Under the pieces are notes generated by a model, which made no database searches, was not told the origin of the DNA, and was given only the letters and a program-made list of their open reading frames with translations. This document shows positions 1-14,767 of a stretch of DNA of 64,000 bases, piece after piece (position 1 is the first letter of the stretch; each line of letters starts with the position of its first letter). Position numbers and translations under genes: made by a program. Source of the DNA: Veleropilina oligotropha (Eukaryota); assembly GCA_048128005.1 (NCBI GenBank), contig JBEUKZ010000092.1, positions 1 to 64,000 on the forward strand, written 5' to 3'.

Positions 1-398
<398 letters not shown>

Positions 399-1989
399 AA
401 CCCACTCCTTCGGACAGTTACGACCATCATCGCATGGGTGTCACTGTGTACTATGTGTCTTCGATCGTGATTACAAATTATTATTATATAATACTAGAAC
501 AGAAACGCGGCAGTTTATCATGTGGATTTATGATGGTGCTCTGATCACTATTGAGGTAACAAGGTGTATTGATGTGCAATATAACACCTTTGAAACAGAA
601 ATAATGAAATAAAATAATTTTCCAGTGAATATGACCATCATATCAAATGTGCGTAAAAAACATATCAAACGGTGACCCTGATCCCAATGATACGGACAAA
701 GCATTGACATATATAAATATGCATTATAGCCAAATTCTGTTCGTACAGGGAAATCGAAGAGATGCGGGGCAAGGGGGCAACGCATACCCAACGCGGCATA
801 TACATCAGTTACATGGCGCACCAACAGACGGACTAAAACTTGAAAGCAGGACCGTGCGGTCGACGGCAAATAGTGATCACATAGCGATTGTACACAGTTT
901 GAAAAAAAGTAATTCATGTGTATTCGGAAATATTAAATCCTTTTTGTTGTTTAATAATATTATAAAGATTTGTGTCGTCAATGACAAGCTCGTTTCCATT
1001 CTGGGGGAAGTCGTCACTGACTCCGTGAATCGTTGGCCAATTTGTGTATTTATTTACCAGACACATGCACGCAATATGTTATATGTTCCGGCCGCGTTTT
1101 CGCTGATAAAAGTCAGTCTACAAACCGTGTCGTTGTTCAACAGAAGTTTATTAACTAGTCGTAATTCCTTCCTATAACTCTCGAACACCCTGCGACTGAT
1201 AACACTCGTTCTACCAGCCATTAATTTTGTTTACATGCCAGATTCCCCACGTGACCTCCGGTACTCTAGCATGTCCTATTTCTAATTTCTGGCCGGCTAA
1301 ATTTAGTTACGGGTTAGCCGATTTGTTATATCGCGATAACTGCGATAAAATGTTTTATAAAAGGCTGAAAATTTAATAGTTACAGAAGCGATATACCTGA
1401 CATTTTCAAGAAAGATAGATTACGGTAACCTTGCTTAATGGTGTAAATTATATCACGGAATTCGCAGTATTTAAAGAGCTATCGCAATGTCTTGATGATT
1501 TTGACGTCGGAACAAAAATTGGCTACAAATTCTCTCAAACACAAAGTATATCGATCAGAGTTGTAGATAATGTCCCACTCTGTCACTTGGTAAAATTTGA
1601 GGTGTTTTGTTTCAGTAGTTACAGATTTACGCATTTATTTGCATTTTGCTTTGGTTGATTTCTAAAATGCTTATTAAGTTCACATTTCACATTATTTTCA
1701 AAATATTTTTGCTGATATCAATATAATTTCATCATGACTATGATTTGCATAATGAATTTACATAATTTAAATCGATTTGGTGAAATTAGAAATTGACCCC
1801 CTATTTTTAAATTTTAAATCCCCCTGGTATGGCGGCCATCTTGTGTAAGATAGATTCTATATAATTCATGTTGTCATTGGCCTCTGATCTAAAGAACATT
1901 TTGAGCGTATTTTGATGTTTGGACGATGAAGCGTTTTAACCCTACAGCCGAAAACCTGTAAACCGGATAATACGTCATAAAATCCGAAC

Positions 1990-2175
1990 CCGGATCACAA
2001 TCCGGACCATCTTCGAGGAGGACCGAGCCAGGGAGAAATCCTACCTTGTGTACCTTCAAGTAAATCGGATCAATAGTTTTCGAGTTATGCGAATGGACAT
2101 ACATACATGCATACAGATGTATACATACGGAGCCAATTGCAATACCCTCGCCTCTCCTCCGGAGGCGAGGGTAAT
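1990..2175 (+). mobile_element. 3' end of a Helentron/DINE-like non-autonomous element
   Basis: (ATAC)-rich microsatellite at about 2097-2128, followed by a 12-bp stem hairpin TACCCTCGCCTC (2143-2154) / GAGGCGAGGGTA (2162-2173). This is the usual DINE/HINE 3' layout. The 5' boundary was not defined. Confidence 0.55.
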
Positions 2176-2566
2176 TACTAAATTACATGTAGACAAATGG
2201 AGGGGCGACAAGCGTATGGGTTATATTGACATGTATAAATGTAGGCTACCCGTCCAGTCAACCCTTCTAACTTAGTAAGTTGGTCAGAAGTGTCACATCT
2301 CGTCTTCCCTAGACGTCATTTCGTAGTGATAAATGTCAACATTTGATGGCGCTACCAATAACAAATGTAAAGTCACTCGTCACGTATTCATCATGGATCG
2401 CCCCTGTTGCATGCGCATATTATTGTTAACGAATAACGAAGATTTCCAAACAAGACGTTCGTTATTGAGCTTAATCAACGTGAATCTCGGTTAAAATATA
2501 TTTCCTTGTTCTGTTTCTACATTACCGGTATAGAACTCATTTTATAAGTTCATTAATTTTCATAGG

Positions 2567-3072
2567 CGGCCGCCCCAACAGTCGTGTGGTTTCGGTTGTG
2601 GACTCCGAAAAATCACAGAATTGATTCCGACGGTTATCACACATTTGTTCATGTTATGAATCACAGTTGTCCGTAGCTGGTCGGAGAGGGCGAGTTTCCC
2701 CGGATGACCGGGCTTTTCTCCCGCGATAATATGGCCATGTTCTGCTTTGAACCAAATGATGATTGGAAATAAATAGACATAAAGCATCGATCCTTTCATT
2801 TATATGCTGCCCTGATAGACATGTGGTCTCTAGTGCCGACTCTGAAACCACTAGCACGATTGCGGTAACTAACAGGAGTGGGTTCGATCTCGATTTACGC
2901 AATGACATTCTTTGTTAAAGTTATGAATCAGATTTATCCGTAACTGGTCGAAGAGGACGGGTTTCCCCGGGCGACCGGGCTTTCCTCCCGCGATAATATG
3001 GACATGTCGTGCTTTGAACCCAATAATCGTTGGAAATATAAGGACATTAAACATCGATCCTTTCCTTTCATT
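2567..3072 (+). mobile_element. Two tandem copies of a tRNA-derived SINE
   Basis: Both copies share the body ...GTTATGAATCACAGTTGTCCG...GGGTTTCCCCGGGCGACCGGGCTTTCCTCCCGCGATAAT...GCATCGATCCTTTC with the copies at 57546 and 62696. Confidence 0.8.
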
Positions 3073-3372
3073 TATAGGGTACCCCGGTATTCGTGTGGCC
3101 TCTAGTGTCGACTCTGAATTGCGTTTATTCCAGGCCAATCGATGTTAAAATATTTTTTGATGTTCATTTTCGACATAACATAACTCGTTTCTTAAGCAAT
3201 TCATTTCTAGAAATATAGGATGAAATGGTCAACAAATGCACATGATTTAATTAAACTAGTGCGATAAAAATCTTGATTGATATATAGATGATATGAGACA
3301 TTTATTCTGTTGCAAATTCTATTAAAGTATGTATCAATCAACGGGAAAAATAAATTAGACACTCGTCCTCAC

Positions 3373-3480
3373 CTGTTTATGGCAAATGTTCCTGAAGTCT
3401 TCCACTTCTTGAGTCAGCCGAATAATTTCTTCTTTAAACATTCTTCGACATTCCTTAACACTATCTTCATCCACTATGTC
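3373..3480 (-). CDS. Putative internal coding exon of an unidentified host gene (coiled-coil-like)
   Basis: 108-bp open phase-0/0 exon, tattatAG|GAC...CAG|GTgagg, encoding DIVDEDSVKECRRMFKEEIIRLTQEVEDFRNICHKQ. Partner exons were not identified. Confidence 0.5.
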
Positions 3481-6400
3481 CTATAATATAACAACCCATG
3501 AGTCTCGAATCAAACATTACGAAACGCAATCTACTTGATGAATAATATGAACATACTCGTGGGACATAAAATAGTTGTTTACCACACCCGAGGCTCTATA
3601 AGTTGATTGGCATAAAGATTACATGTATGCATCTCCCGATAGTGAGCCTGATTAATCAGCGGCGCGCATATATGAACTGCGTCGAAACGGATAACATTTT
3701 GGTCAAATACACGCACAAACACACGTACGTACACCTGAAGTTTTCAGGTACAAATGCCAAACATAGAGAACATCATTAAACCGAAGAAAAAGGCAATTGC
3801 ATTTTTGCGTTTTTGGTATCACGTGTAATTTGTCATATTTTTCTTTTCCCTCGTGTATGTACATGTGCATATATGTTGTAGGCTACTAAGCCAACATCAT
3901 TTCGTGTTGTTTTACCTTCTGAACACTAACAATTAATTCTTTGTTACAGTGTACCATCCTATGGCATAATACCGCAAAGGTCGATCTTGTAAAATAAAAT
4001 CAGCAAACACACGCAATGACAACACGATAGTCAAAATGTCATGCAATATTCATCGTCTTCTGTAATTTAATACAGATAACCATGGATCGGTTTAATATTT
4101 AACCAGGCATTTTCACGGCTTGAACGGCTTAATTATGTATAAAGAGACAAACAGGACGTAACTTATATTTATCAAATGACAGCAGCAGTTGATTGGATAT
4201 AAAGAAGACAATTAACCTACACAATTATTGATTAATCATTAATTGTTGATTAACATATGAGTTGTTACTATAATTAAAGCAGTGTAGAGGGTTTCAAGCC
4301 GATCGCGTCCTATAACCCGCAGCCATCTTGTCTTATGCCCGATTGATTTTTCGCTCGCAATATAACTTCATCATAAGACGTCCATCATATGTATAAAGTT
4401 TCGCCTCGCTGGCTTTATGCTTTAAAATCTAAGATGGGGGCCACATCGGCTATTTTGGAGGTCGAACCACACCCAGCATCTCTACTTGCCGTGTCCTCTC
4501 CAAAACCAATGCACATACCAGATTTGATAACATTCCGTTAAGAAATGGCCTGTCTTGATAGAGCACGAGGAATCTTTCAGAGGTGGCCATCTTGAATGTC
4601 ATTCCACACCCACAATCTATAAGTGTCGTATCTGAATTTCAGGTCTGTACGCCACGTATGTCTCGAGTTCTGTCTTTTTAAAAGAAAATGTGGCGGCCAT
4701 TTTGTTGTTTCGAATTTTTTAATTATCCTAATTTAAAATATGTAAGCTCTAGCATCAATATTAACCAAGTTGGCCGTTTCCTGACCATTTTATGGCAAAC
4801 ATGTCTTTTTACCTGCGTCTAGCAGGGTCAATGAATGGTACAAGTTGTTGTTGTTGTTCTTGTTGTTCTTCTTGGGGGGAAGACAATTTTGAAATGATTT
4901 CAACCAGATCTTCCACCTTTTAGGCGACTTCGACAACAAGCCAATTTGAAAAAAGTGCATGACCACTTGATGTATGAATTGAGAGATGCTGCCTAACAGA
5001 ATATCAAATTACCATGACAGCCTCTTTGATGAATAAATATTAAATCATACAGAAACGTGGTCTGTATTATATGTATCACACATGTTTCACAGTAGTAAAA
5101 GAGGTATAACAGTTAAACATTTTAAGATTTTGCATACTTTATTAAATTATAATTAATCAACTTTATTATAATTAACTAAGTCTGTCAAAGGGGCGTAACT
5201 CTTGAAAACCAATTTGTGAATTCTATGAAATCATACAGAAACATGGTCTGTATTATATGTATCACACATGTTTCACAGTATAAATTTTGCTTATGACGCA
5301 GGTTATTGCACACATTCTGTGCTTGTTCCTTAATTAGGTCATTTTCTGCAATGTTGGTCAACTGAGGTCAAAAGTCAAGGTCACATTTGGAATGTCAACC
5401 ATGACTTCCTATAGTAACCATGTGTCCGCGGTGCATCCTTTTTGATATATTGCCACTTGAAAAAAAATGCTCTAATGGCCGCTGAGGCACTTCCTGCTTT
5501 TCAATTTTTCTAGCAAATCGAAAATTCCAATTAGCAAACGTAACTTAGAATATGCACTAATACGTCTGCGAAGTTTGAACAGTCTAGTCAAAACAGAATA
5601 AGAGTTACGGCAAATTTAAATTTTTCACGCAAATTAATTTTTTTTTTTAAATTTAAAAAAATACAAAATAAATTTAGAATTTTTTTATGCTAATTTAAAA
5701 TATCTAAAATCTAGCGTCAATATTAACGGAGTTGGCCATTTCCCTGACCAATTCTGCATTTTTGTAGTTCGAAATCGCTTCAAGCAGTGTATCCTGATAC
5801 TGTATCATATATCACATGGTGACATTGATATAATGCCTAATGAAGGTTGGAATGTAATGCGAGGAGACAATTGCTACTGGGTGTTTAATTGAGCTGTCAA
5901 GCAGTGTGAATGATTTGAACAAGACTTCAGCCCGGCTAAAATTAAGTCAGCCTTTAATGATGACTCGATAATTCGAATTTAATGAAACTTGAAATTTATA
6001 TTAATTGTACAGATATGAATGTTCAATTTAAATTTCAACAATATGACACAATTATTAACGGTGTTGTGAACGTTTTAAAATTTAAACTTAATTTTTTGGC
6101 ATTAATGCGAGCAATTGTCGATATTTTAGATACCTATTCCAGTAGAGCTACTTTATGAGAATCAAATGAATTATTTTGTCTTTAATTTCGCCTAAAATTA
6201 AAGGAACGGCACCTGTTTTAAATTTTAAAATTGAAATCGTCATGCTCGTGTGCTAGCAGCTTTTCGCTCACAAAACAGTATGGACATGCTATGACGTCTG
6301 CACCTGTCGAAATTCACTTCACACGGACCAACAAGTAATGAGGAAATGGCATTTTAAATAATTTAATAAATTTAATATTCTGACGTAACCGCAAGTCGCA

Positions 6401-6894
6401 TCAACGATCTCTTTGCGGCAAACATAACTTAGCGTGGGCACCCACCCCTCGGCGAAAGTTACGTGGAATAGTTACAATGGAATAAGAGCTATCGTCGATT
6501 TAAAAAGTGTTAAAAACCCCACAGTGTTTTCGCAATATTCAGACGCCCGCAGCGGCGTCCATTTGCGACCGATCGCTTTTTCGCTTGCAACTTAAGCTCG
6601 CCTTGATAGGTCAATCACATCTGAAAAGTCTTACCATGCTGTCATTGGCGGTTTTTGTGAAGAAGAATTTTTTAAACTTTTACTAAATTCAAGATGGCAG
6701 CCGAACACTGTGGACTACGAAGACAATTTTTTGCACCGCCCGGCCTTGCTCGTAGACCAACGTTATGTCAAAGTTACAGACCCCTGGCTTTTGCCGTTTT
6801 CTAGTTACCTCTGGCAGAAAAAACATGGCATAATAATAATAATAATTAAAGCTGCAAGCAGCTGTGAGGGCTCCAATTCAGGGACCAGTTTACA

Positions 6895-7580
6895 GGCACT
6901 CGCAAACACAGCATCTACCCACACACCAAATTTCAGCTTTCTACCCGCCATATCATCGAATTAGGTCAATTACTGCCGAACCAGTGGCGCCACTTAGCTG
7001 AAAAGTTTACAGGCGCTTAATAAACACCATATCTACCTGCAAACCAAATTTCAGCTTTCTACCCCCACAATCATGGAATTAGGTCAATTACTGCCGAACC
7101 AGTGGCGCCACCTAGCTGGAAAAATGTACAGGCGCTTAATAAACACCATATCTACCTGCAAACCAAATTTCAGCTTTCTACCCCCAAAATCATGGAATTA
7201 GGTCAGTTACAGCTAACTGGGTCATCTGAGGTCAAAGGTCATGGTCATTTTTGAAAGCTTACCCATGACTTCCCATAGGCTCCCCATTGTAACTACATGT
7301 CTAAGATGCACCGTTTACAAGATACAGCCCCTTGAAACAATTTCCATAATGGCGTCCGATTTCCGCCATCTTGGAAATGCGATGTCAAATACGTTCCCAC
7401 TACCCATTGCATTCCATCCCCTGCGTTTTTCCGAGTTCGGCAATTTTTCGCTAATTAGGTCACTGAGGTCAAAGGTCAAGGTCATTTTCGAAAGTTTCCC
7501 CATGACTTCCCATAAGCTCCCCATAGTAACTATATGTCTAAGATGCACCGTTTACAAGATATAGCCCCTTTAAACATTTT
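6895..7580 (+). repeat. Internal tandem repeats (about 120-bp unit x3, then about 240-bp unit x2)
   Basis: CATATCTACC...CCAAATTTCAGCTTTCTACCC...GAATTAGGTCA recurs at about 6912, 7028 and 7147. GAGGTCAAAGGTCA...CCCATGACTTCCCATA...CTAAGATGCACCGTTTACAAGATA recurs at about 7228 and 7465. Confidence 0.85.
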
Positions 7581-8306
7581 CAGTAATGGCGTCCAAGTCA
7601 GCTGGTGGGAAAAAGGAGAGAAAATAAATAATGATAATTATAAATATATAGAACTGGTCACTGGGACTGAGTACATGCGTGTAGAGTCAATAAATCAGCA
7701 TCATAAACTGCCTACAACAGGCAGCCTTTACGACATCGGCAAGACCAGATCATAAAATGCCACAACTTCATTCATGATAACATCATAAATGCTGTAATCG
7801 CCTTCCTAAGACTGTAGTAGGAATAAAAATATGTCTTATAAACATAAAAAATATTGATCATATGCATGCCAAAATTTCCAATTAAAATGATCTTAATACA
7901 GTATAGTTTCAGTGAAAATTTCACTTAAATCGGATAATGGTGACCGCTGAAATAAAAAAGTGTGATTTTTTCAAAATTATTGAGAGATTCAGATGGCCGT
8001 AACTGCCTTGCTTTTGTTCCGATAACATTTTCGCTTCCAAACTTTTTTCTTCACATAGTGAAGATCATTATTTAGGAACATCGCGTACCTCACTTCAGCC
8101 GTTTGGCCGAAGAAGATGGTATAAAAAGGTGCTTTTTTAAAGAAAAAACCTTAATTGCCGCTAATTAAGTGCGATTCAACTTCAGTACCATACCTACATG
8201 TTTACCATTTTTAGAGTTTTTGATTTACGGTAATTTCAGTTGAACGCATTTGACAATCGACGCAAACGTTTGATATTGCTGAGCAGCTGATCCCTTTGAC
8301 CGCATA

Positions 8307-9713
8307 CTGTAGAATCATTAATTTTCGTGGGGTACCAATTTTCGTGGTTTTCGTGGGTAGGCTAAACCACGAATTTAAAGTCCCAACGAAATATGCGTCG
8401 CCCAGTCAGTTTTAATCTTGGATATCCGTTGGCGGCCATTTTGGAAATGGTGAACATTTAAAACAAGACGAAATAGATACTACTAAATTTTATGTTAATG
8501 CTATCTTATATACATAGTTTTGTACATATATATATCAAGGGATAAAATTATAGATATTTACAGATAAATATGCGTACATTAAATACTTCTGATACTTGCA
8601 TGTATCAGTAACTGTGATAAGTTGGTGTTATAAAAACACCATTTAATTGGTAATTAGTCCAGTTTTGGCAAATCCATTCAAAATCAATTGCCTGCGTTGC
8701 GTCACTTCCTTGTGAGCATAAATAATCCAGTTGACATGAATGGGTTTCAGTGTGGACGCCAGACCCTCTCAAAATGTCTTTGTATTCTTTGTTAACCGTT
8801 AAATCCAACGGCTGAAGCTGTTATGTCGGGGCAACAAGCCGGAACGAACAAAAGGATAATTCCGTTATCCTTTTATTAGTAGGGTCAGTAAGTTCTCCTC
8901 TCGGTGAGCGTTTGGAAGATTTGTCAGATTGTCAACTCATATAAACAAAAATAAAACTTATTATAATATAAATGTCAAAAACCCGTTTAATAATAGTAAA
9001 CGTCTATCAATCTACTTTTTATTCTACTCATTACACTTCGTACGTTTCCGATATCGGCGGAAATAACCGATGTTTTTATCCATATAATGTTCTCCTTTAG
9101 CACTGTTACTGATTTGCCGAAATAATTATAAGAGCGGTGTACATTTTGTATAAAAACAAAAGTCGATATTACTAACGGTATGTTACTATGTTTACCTGTT
9201 TTTTTAATTTGACGTATTGGTCCCTCATACTGCGTACTGATGATTCGCTGACTTTTTTTACCGAAGTCTGTCGTAAACTTCCGAGCGGCTTTCGCAACAC
9301 TGTTGTCGATATAATAGTGGGTAATCTTAGCACGCATTTCAAGGTGAACGTTACATAATGCTGGCGGTACTTTGTTTTTCTTTCCTCTTGTTAAATGTGT
9401 TAGTTGGTAATCTTTCATGGAATTAGCTGGCGTAATCACGTTCAGTGAGTGCTAATCAGATTTTAAGATTAAGCTTAGGATTATAAAAAAACACTCGGAG
9501 CGTCAGTGTCGGTATTGTCTTTCATCTCAAATTGCATTTTCAATTTGTCGTAACTTGACAAGCACAGTACTAAATTGCCAGAAGTAGGCCTATATATTAT
9601 ATATATTTTATTGATTTTCAAAATATGGAATCCACGAAATTAGGAGCCCTCGAAAATGTCTTTTTAAGCAAAACCACGAAAATTGATACCCTCGAAAATA
9701 AAGTCATTTACAG
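8307..9713 (-). mobile_element. Tc1/mariner-pogo-like non-autonomous DNA transposon
   Basis: TA|CTGTA...TACAG|TA ends with imperfect TIRs rich in TTTTCGTGG/CCACGAAAA. An internal minus-strand remnant RAKITHYYIDNSVAKAARKF resembles a pogo-type N-terminal HTH. Confidence 0.7.
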
Positions 9714-12700
9714 TATATGGTAAAATTATTGGTGTCAGCAACGCAATAAGGAGCCAATTTCTGAGCTAAAGCGGTCCGAAAATGGTCAAAATTAACTATT
9801 GTAGTTTGGAGAGCACTTTAAGATAACTTCTATCTCTCTCTGTCCAGGTTTACGACCTGCTAATTGCTGATTTATCTGCCTGCGGTGGCCACAAGCCGGC
9901 CATAGAGCTCATAAACTAATTTAGAGTCGCTGGATACTATTGACTGCTTGCATTCAAGCAATTAAAGCAATTAATGCAGTTCAATTCTTCTGACTGAACG
10001 CAAAAAATAAACTGTTTTAATATTGAACCACCAGTCATAGCGCTATGAAATTGAACATACGAATTCACAGAAATGTGATGCGTATTGTATTTAAATTTCA
10101 AGTTCATAGTCCTAGTTACAGCTAAGTTATTTAGGAGTTAGAGCAGAACTAAACCTCTAGTTTTTACGACATACTAATTTCTTATATCTCTGCAGGCAGT
10201 GCCATGGCCACAGTATATTGATACAAAGTAATTAGGTGGCCATAATGTCAATACAAGACCATGGGGCTTTGTTGACACAGGGTAATAAATTACTTTAAGC
10301 CAGCCAGATATAGTCACTACATAAAAAATACACTGTCTTTTTGCAGTATTACCAGTCGCAGCTATTCGAAAATATGCATATATATTATTTCCCCTAAGAT
10401 GGCACTAGTGTTAAATTTACCACTTGATGGTCCCCGTACAACCTAAGTTATAGCAGTTACAAAATGATGTCAAAAAATGTCTATGTCTTTAAATTAACTT
10501 AAATAAGTGATAGCTTTTTTATATATTGCGTTAGATAAATTTGATGTGTTCATAATGAACTTTATTTCGTTTCAAATAATTAAATATTAAGGAAGATACG
10601 ACTAATTGAAATTTTAAATTTCAAATGACTTTTGCTCTTAATATTTTCATACTGTTATTTTTTGGTTTATTATACATTTATAAGAACATAACACAACGTT
10701 CCCACCTACGAAGTTTCATTGTGATCGGACAGACGACTGCAGGGAAAATGACGTTTGAAGTTTTTCAAACAATCCAAGATGGCGGCTTAACCACATCACG
10801 CAGAAATATCTTCTTTGTAGCAAAATTAACTTACAGAAAGCGTCTACCACTCAGCGAAGGTTGAAGACTATAGTTAAAGCAGAATAAGAGTTATAGCCGA
10901 TGTAAAAAAGTGTGATTTTTTCAAAATTATTGAGAGATTCAGATGGCCGTAACTGCCTTGCTTTTGTTCCGATAACATTTTCGATCGCAAACTTTTTTCT
11001 TCACATAGTGAAGATCATTATTTAGGAACATCGCGTACCTCACTTCAGCCGTTTGGCCGAAGAAGATGGTATAAAAAGGTGCTTTTTTAAAGAAAAAACC
11101 TTAATTGCCGCTAAGCCAGTGGCGCCGCATAGCAGAACTTAAGTGCGAAACAACTTCAGTACCATAGCTACATGTTTACCAATTTTAGAGTTTTTGATTT
11201 AAGCGGTTTGGAAGTTATCACTGGTACAAACTCAGCCGGAATAATAAGAATAATAATAATAAACAAAATAGCAAAAACAATAGGGCTCCAGCTGAAGCTG
11301 TTGGAGCCCTAATTAAAGCAGCTGTAGAGGGCTTCAAGATGATCGCGGCCTATAGCCCGCAGCCATCTTGTCAATGTTCTAAGATGTTTAAAGTGAAGCA
11401 AGAAGACTGAGCCATCAATATCCCCCAAAATGGTACATTATGCTTTAAAATCCAAGATGCAGGCCACAGCGGCCATCTTGGAGATCGGACCACACCCATA
11501 ATCTCTAGGCGTCGTGTCACAAATATTTTTAATTATTTTTTGAAATTTGAAATTGGTTTTCATTAAAATTTAATTAATATATACATATGGCCACTCTGAA
11601 TCTAATGCCGCAAATTTCCGGTCTGTACGCCACGTCGGTCTCCAGTTTTGGCTTTTTTAATGAAAATTTGGTGGCCATTTTGTTTGTTTTTTTCGAATTT
11701 TTTATTATCCTAATTTAAAATATCTAAGCTCTAGCTAGCATCAATATTAACCGAGTTGGCCATTTTCTGGCAAACATATGTCTTTTTTTCTTAATTAGGT
11801 CATTTCCTGCAATGTAGGTCAACTGAGGTCAAAGGCCAAGGTCACATGTGAAAGATCAACCATGACTTCCTATAGGCTCCCCATAGTGAACATGTGTCTA
11901 CGTGGCATCATTTCCAACAGGTCTACCCATGTCTGTATTAAGATGACCAAACAATTACTTTATATATCTCTGGCATCTACCAAAACTTCATTATGTATAT
12001 TGTCTGCTATTCTTGATTGGCCTACATAGCCTATAATTATTACAAAATAAAGATAACGCAATCCATTATATATTTTTGTTGTCTATGATATTTGCATGCT
12101 ACCAGTTGGATTTAGTTCGTTTAATTAGAGCCGTTTCGCGAATTGAACATTTGCGATGGCCTAGTAGAATGTTCCACGGTTTGTGGGATTGCAGAAATGC
12201 GACTTGGCCGATGAGTTAAATTATTTATATAAAATTTACATGATAGCAGTGCAGATTAAATTGGTGATTTATGTCAAATACTCACATTACCATTGATTCA
12301 ATTCAATTTCATCTTCACACATTATAATTGCTACTTCTTTGCCAATAAAACAACACTGATAATAGCTACCACAATACTTGATTCTGTAATTAAATTAATA
12401 TCCTTACAAATATGTGCGGTATTATGCAATGACAACCAGTAATAGTATACATATAGACAAGTCTTTACAAACACATTTATTGCACTGTTACACTACGCGA
12501 TATTGATCAGTTTCTTGCAAAGGAAAAAAAATTGATAGCTGCCTCCCTACCCTAGTAAATTGGTAATAAAAGATTAAAAAAACACCAAAACATTTCACCT
12601 ACCTACCCTACCTATTATTTGACAATTTAATAGGAAGCACACATATAATTTATTTGGTCTTGTTAAGAAACATTTACATGGATGTCTAAAGACTGTGGTA

Positions 12701-14767
12701 TTTGACCTTGCAGTGATATTATATAACCTCCTGTCAGCCAGCCGGGCCAATGTTTGCACTGGCGGCATAACGTTAATGCGGCATGGAGATTAACACTCTC
12801 CAGGCAAAGAGATACGAAACGACGACCCCAGTCTTATATCTCTGCTCTCGCTGGTCGCTATGTGGCGGATCGCCACATAGTTAATATACATATTATTTCG
12901 CTTCAGTTTGTAATTTAATGAAGTGCAAATGACATGGTTAAGTGTTTTCAAGAAAAGGGTAGGCTAATAACAACGTTTTAAATATGAAATACAGTGATGT
13001 TAAACAGCAAATAGTTCCGCGTAGCCATATTCAGCCAATTTATTCACCGCGTAGCTAATTTATTAACTGCACAAACGCTTCTAAAAGTTTAAGCCATAAA
13101 AAGCTGATGCATTTCACGATCCATTTCAATGGTATACCAGTTCCTGTGATACACCATATTAAGAAACATTGACAATAAGATAAATTGTAGGGGCGCCCTT
13201 TAAACCTATGTCCCCTTTGACCGCTGGGAACATCCTTCATGGGCTGCTTTGATCTTGTTACTGCTACTAGCCTTGCCTGATGTTTGCCTTGGCGCAATAA
13301 AAGCTACTACAGCGATAAGTGGACATAATGGGCCATAAAATTTGGACACCACTAATAATTTTGACTAGGAATAAAAATGCATTTTTCCTAAAACAAAGTA
13401 TTAGCCAGTTCTCCGCGAAATTTAACAAATGTTTAAATGTATAGAAGATAAGATCTATGTTAAATTTATACGTTTATACTACAAATATTACAGGAGTTGT
13501 TGAAGTTTTAAATTGCAATTTCCATTTGCATTTATTTCGAAAATATGAATGTATATTATATTTTTTTATGTATATCGCATTCGATAAATTCTATGTGAAT
13601 AACATGATACACATTAAGTTCCACAAAAGTAAATATTAACGAAGTTATGCAAAATTCAATTTTAAATTTCAATGGACCATAACTTCTAAAATGTTAATCC
13701 TAGCCATATATTTATTATAAAACAATATACAGATGATATGATATTCATGTATGCTTAATATCAGTTCGGACGTCCGAACATTCAATGAGTAAATGACGTT
13801 TTAAATATTTTTTCAATCTATGATTTCGGCATAACCAAAATATGCATCGACGATTTCTTTGAAGCAAACGTAACTTCGCATATGCACTAATACCCCTGCG
13901 AAGTTTGAATAGTATAGTTAAAGCGAAGTAAGAGTTATAAGCCGATATGTTAAAAATTTCAATTTTCCCCAACATTCGGACGCCCGCAACTCCCTTGTTT
14001 TAAGAGCGATCTATTTTTCGCTTGCAATATAACTTCATCATAAGACATACATCATATCTGGAAAGTGTTGCCTCGCTGGCTTTGCCAGTTTTTGACAAGA
14101 TTTTGTAATAAGAGGTTAAAATTTTAATTAATCTTAAATAGCGGCCGAACGCCAAGTCTTACGATGTCAAAATTTCGCGAAATGAAACTTCGCTTATGTC
14201 CGCGCATTTTGTCAAAGATTGAAACGCTTGGTAAAAGCGGTTTTAGAGTTACAGCTGTTACAAAAATCGGCAGAAAAACAAAAATAATAATTCTTAGAAT
14301 AACAACACGAAGCCCTAATAATAATAATAAACGGAACAATTTCAATAGGTCTTCAAGACTTCATAAGGCTTGAAGCCCTAATAAACGGAAGAAAATCAAT
14401 AGGTCTTCATGACTGACAAGACTTGAAGCCCTAATAATAAGCATATAAGATCACAGAACCAGGTTTATATGGCTACCATGGTCCAACGTACCCTGTTCTT
14501 CAGTATCCGCATCTTAGACGAGGTCACTTTTCCAACGATTGTGCCGTTCGAAATAGTACCAATTTCAGATGGCGTCGAGAGAGTATGATCCGAATCTGAG
14601 TCATTTGGTCTTGGGGTCGCATTAGAATTGCTTACTTTGCGTCTTCGGTTCGACTTCAATTTTTTCTTGACCTGACAATAAAAGACAATAGACGATGAGT
14701 CAAGGCCAATGCTAAATTTATCGCAATTTTGCCATCCCGTATTACCCACGTTGTTGATTAAACTTGT

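Larger units (their letters stand above)
4272..14440 (+). mobile_element. Nested stack of three related Helentron-like non-autonomous elements
   Basis: Three heads AATTAAAGC...GAGGG(C/T)T at about 4272, 6843 and 11311. Three 3' hairpin tails at 11281-11311, 14346-14380 and 14400-14433, whose arms are inverted copies of the head motif. Internal blocks are shared (4272-4810 with 11311-11790; 7956-8225 with 10904-11200), and junctions fall in (AAT)n. Confidence 0.55.

Noticed and set aside
647..1177. 176-aa ORF
   Set aside because: No recognisable motif or splice structure; probably a chance ORF in repeat-derived DNA.
6895..7210. CRISPR-like array
   Set aside because: The units are tandem about 120-bp repeats with no unique spacers, there are no cas genes, and the context is eukaryotic.
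12281..12390. Possible minus-strand exon with AG and GTGAGT signals
   Set aside because: All three frames contain a stop before the donor.
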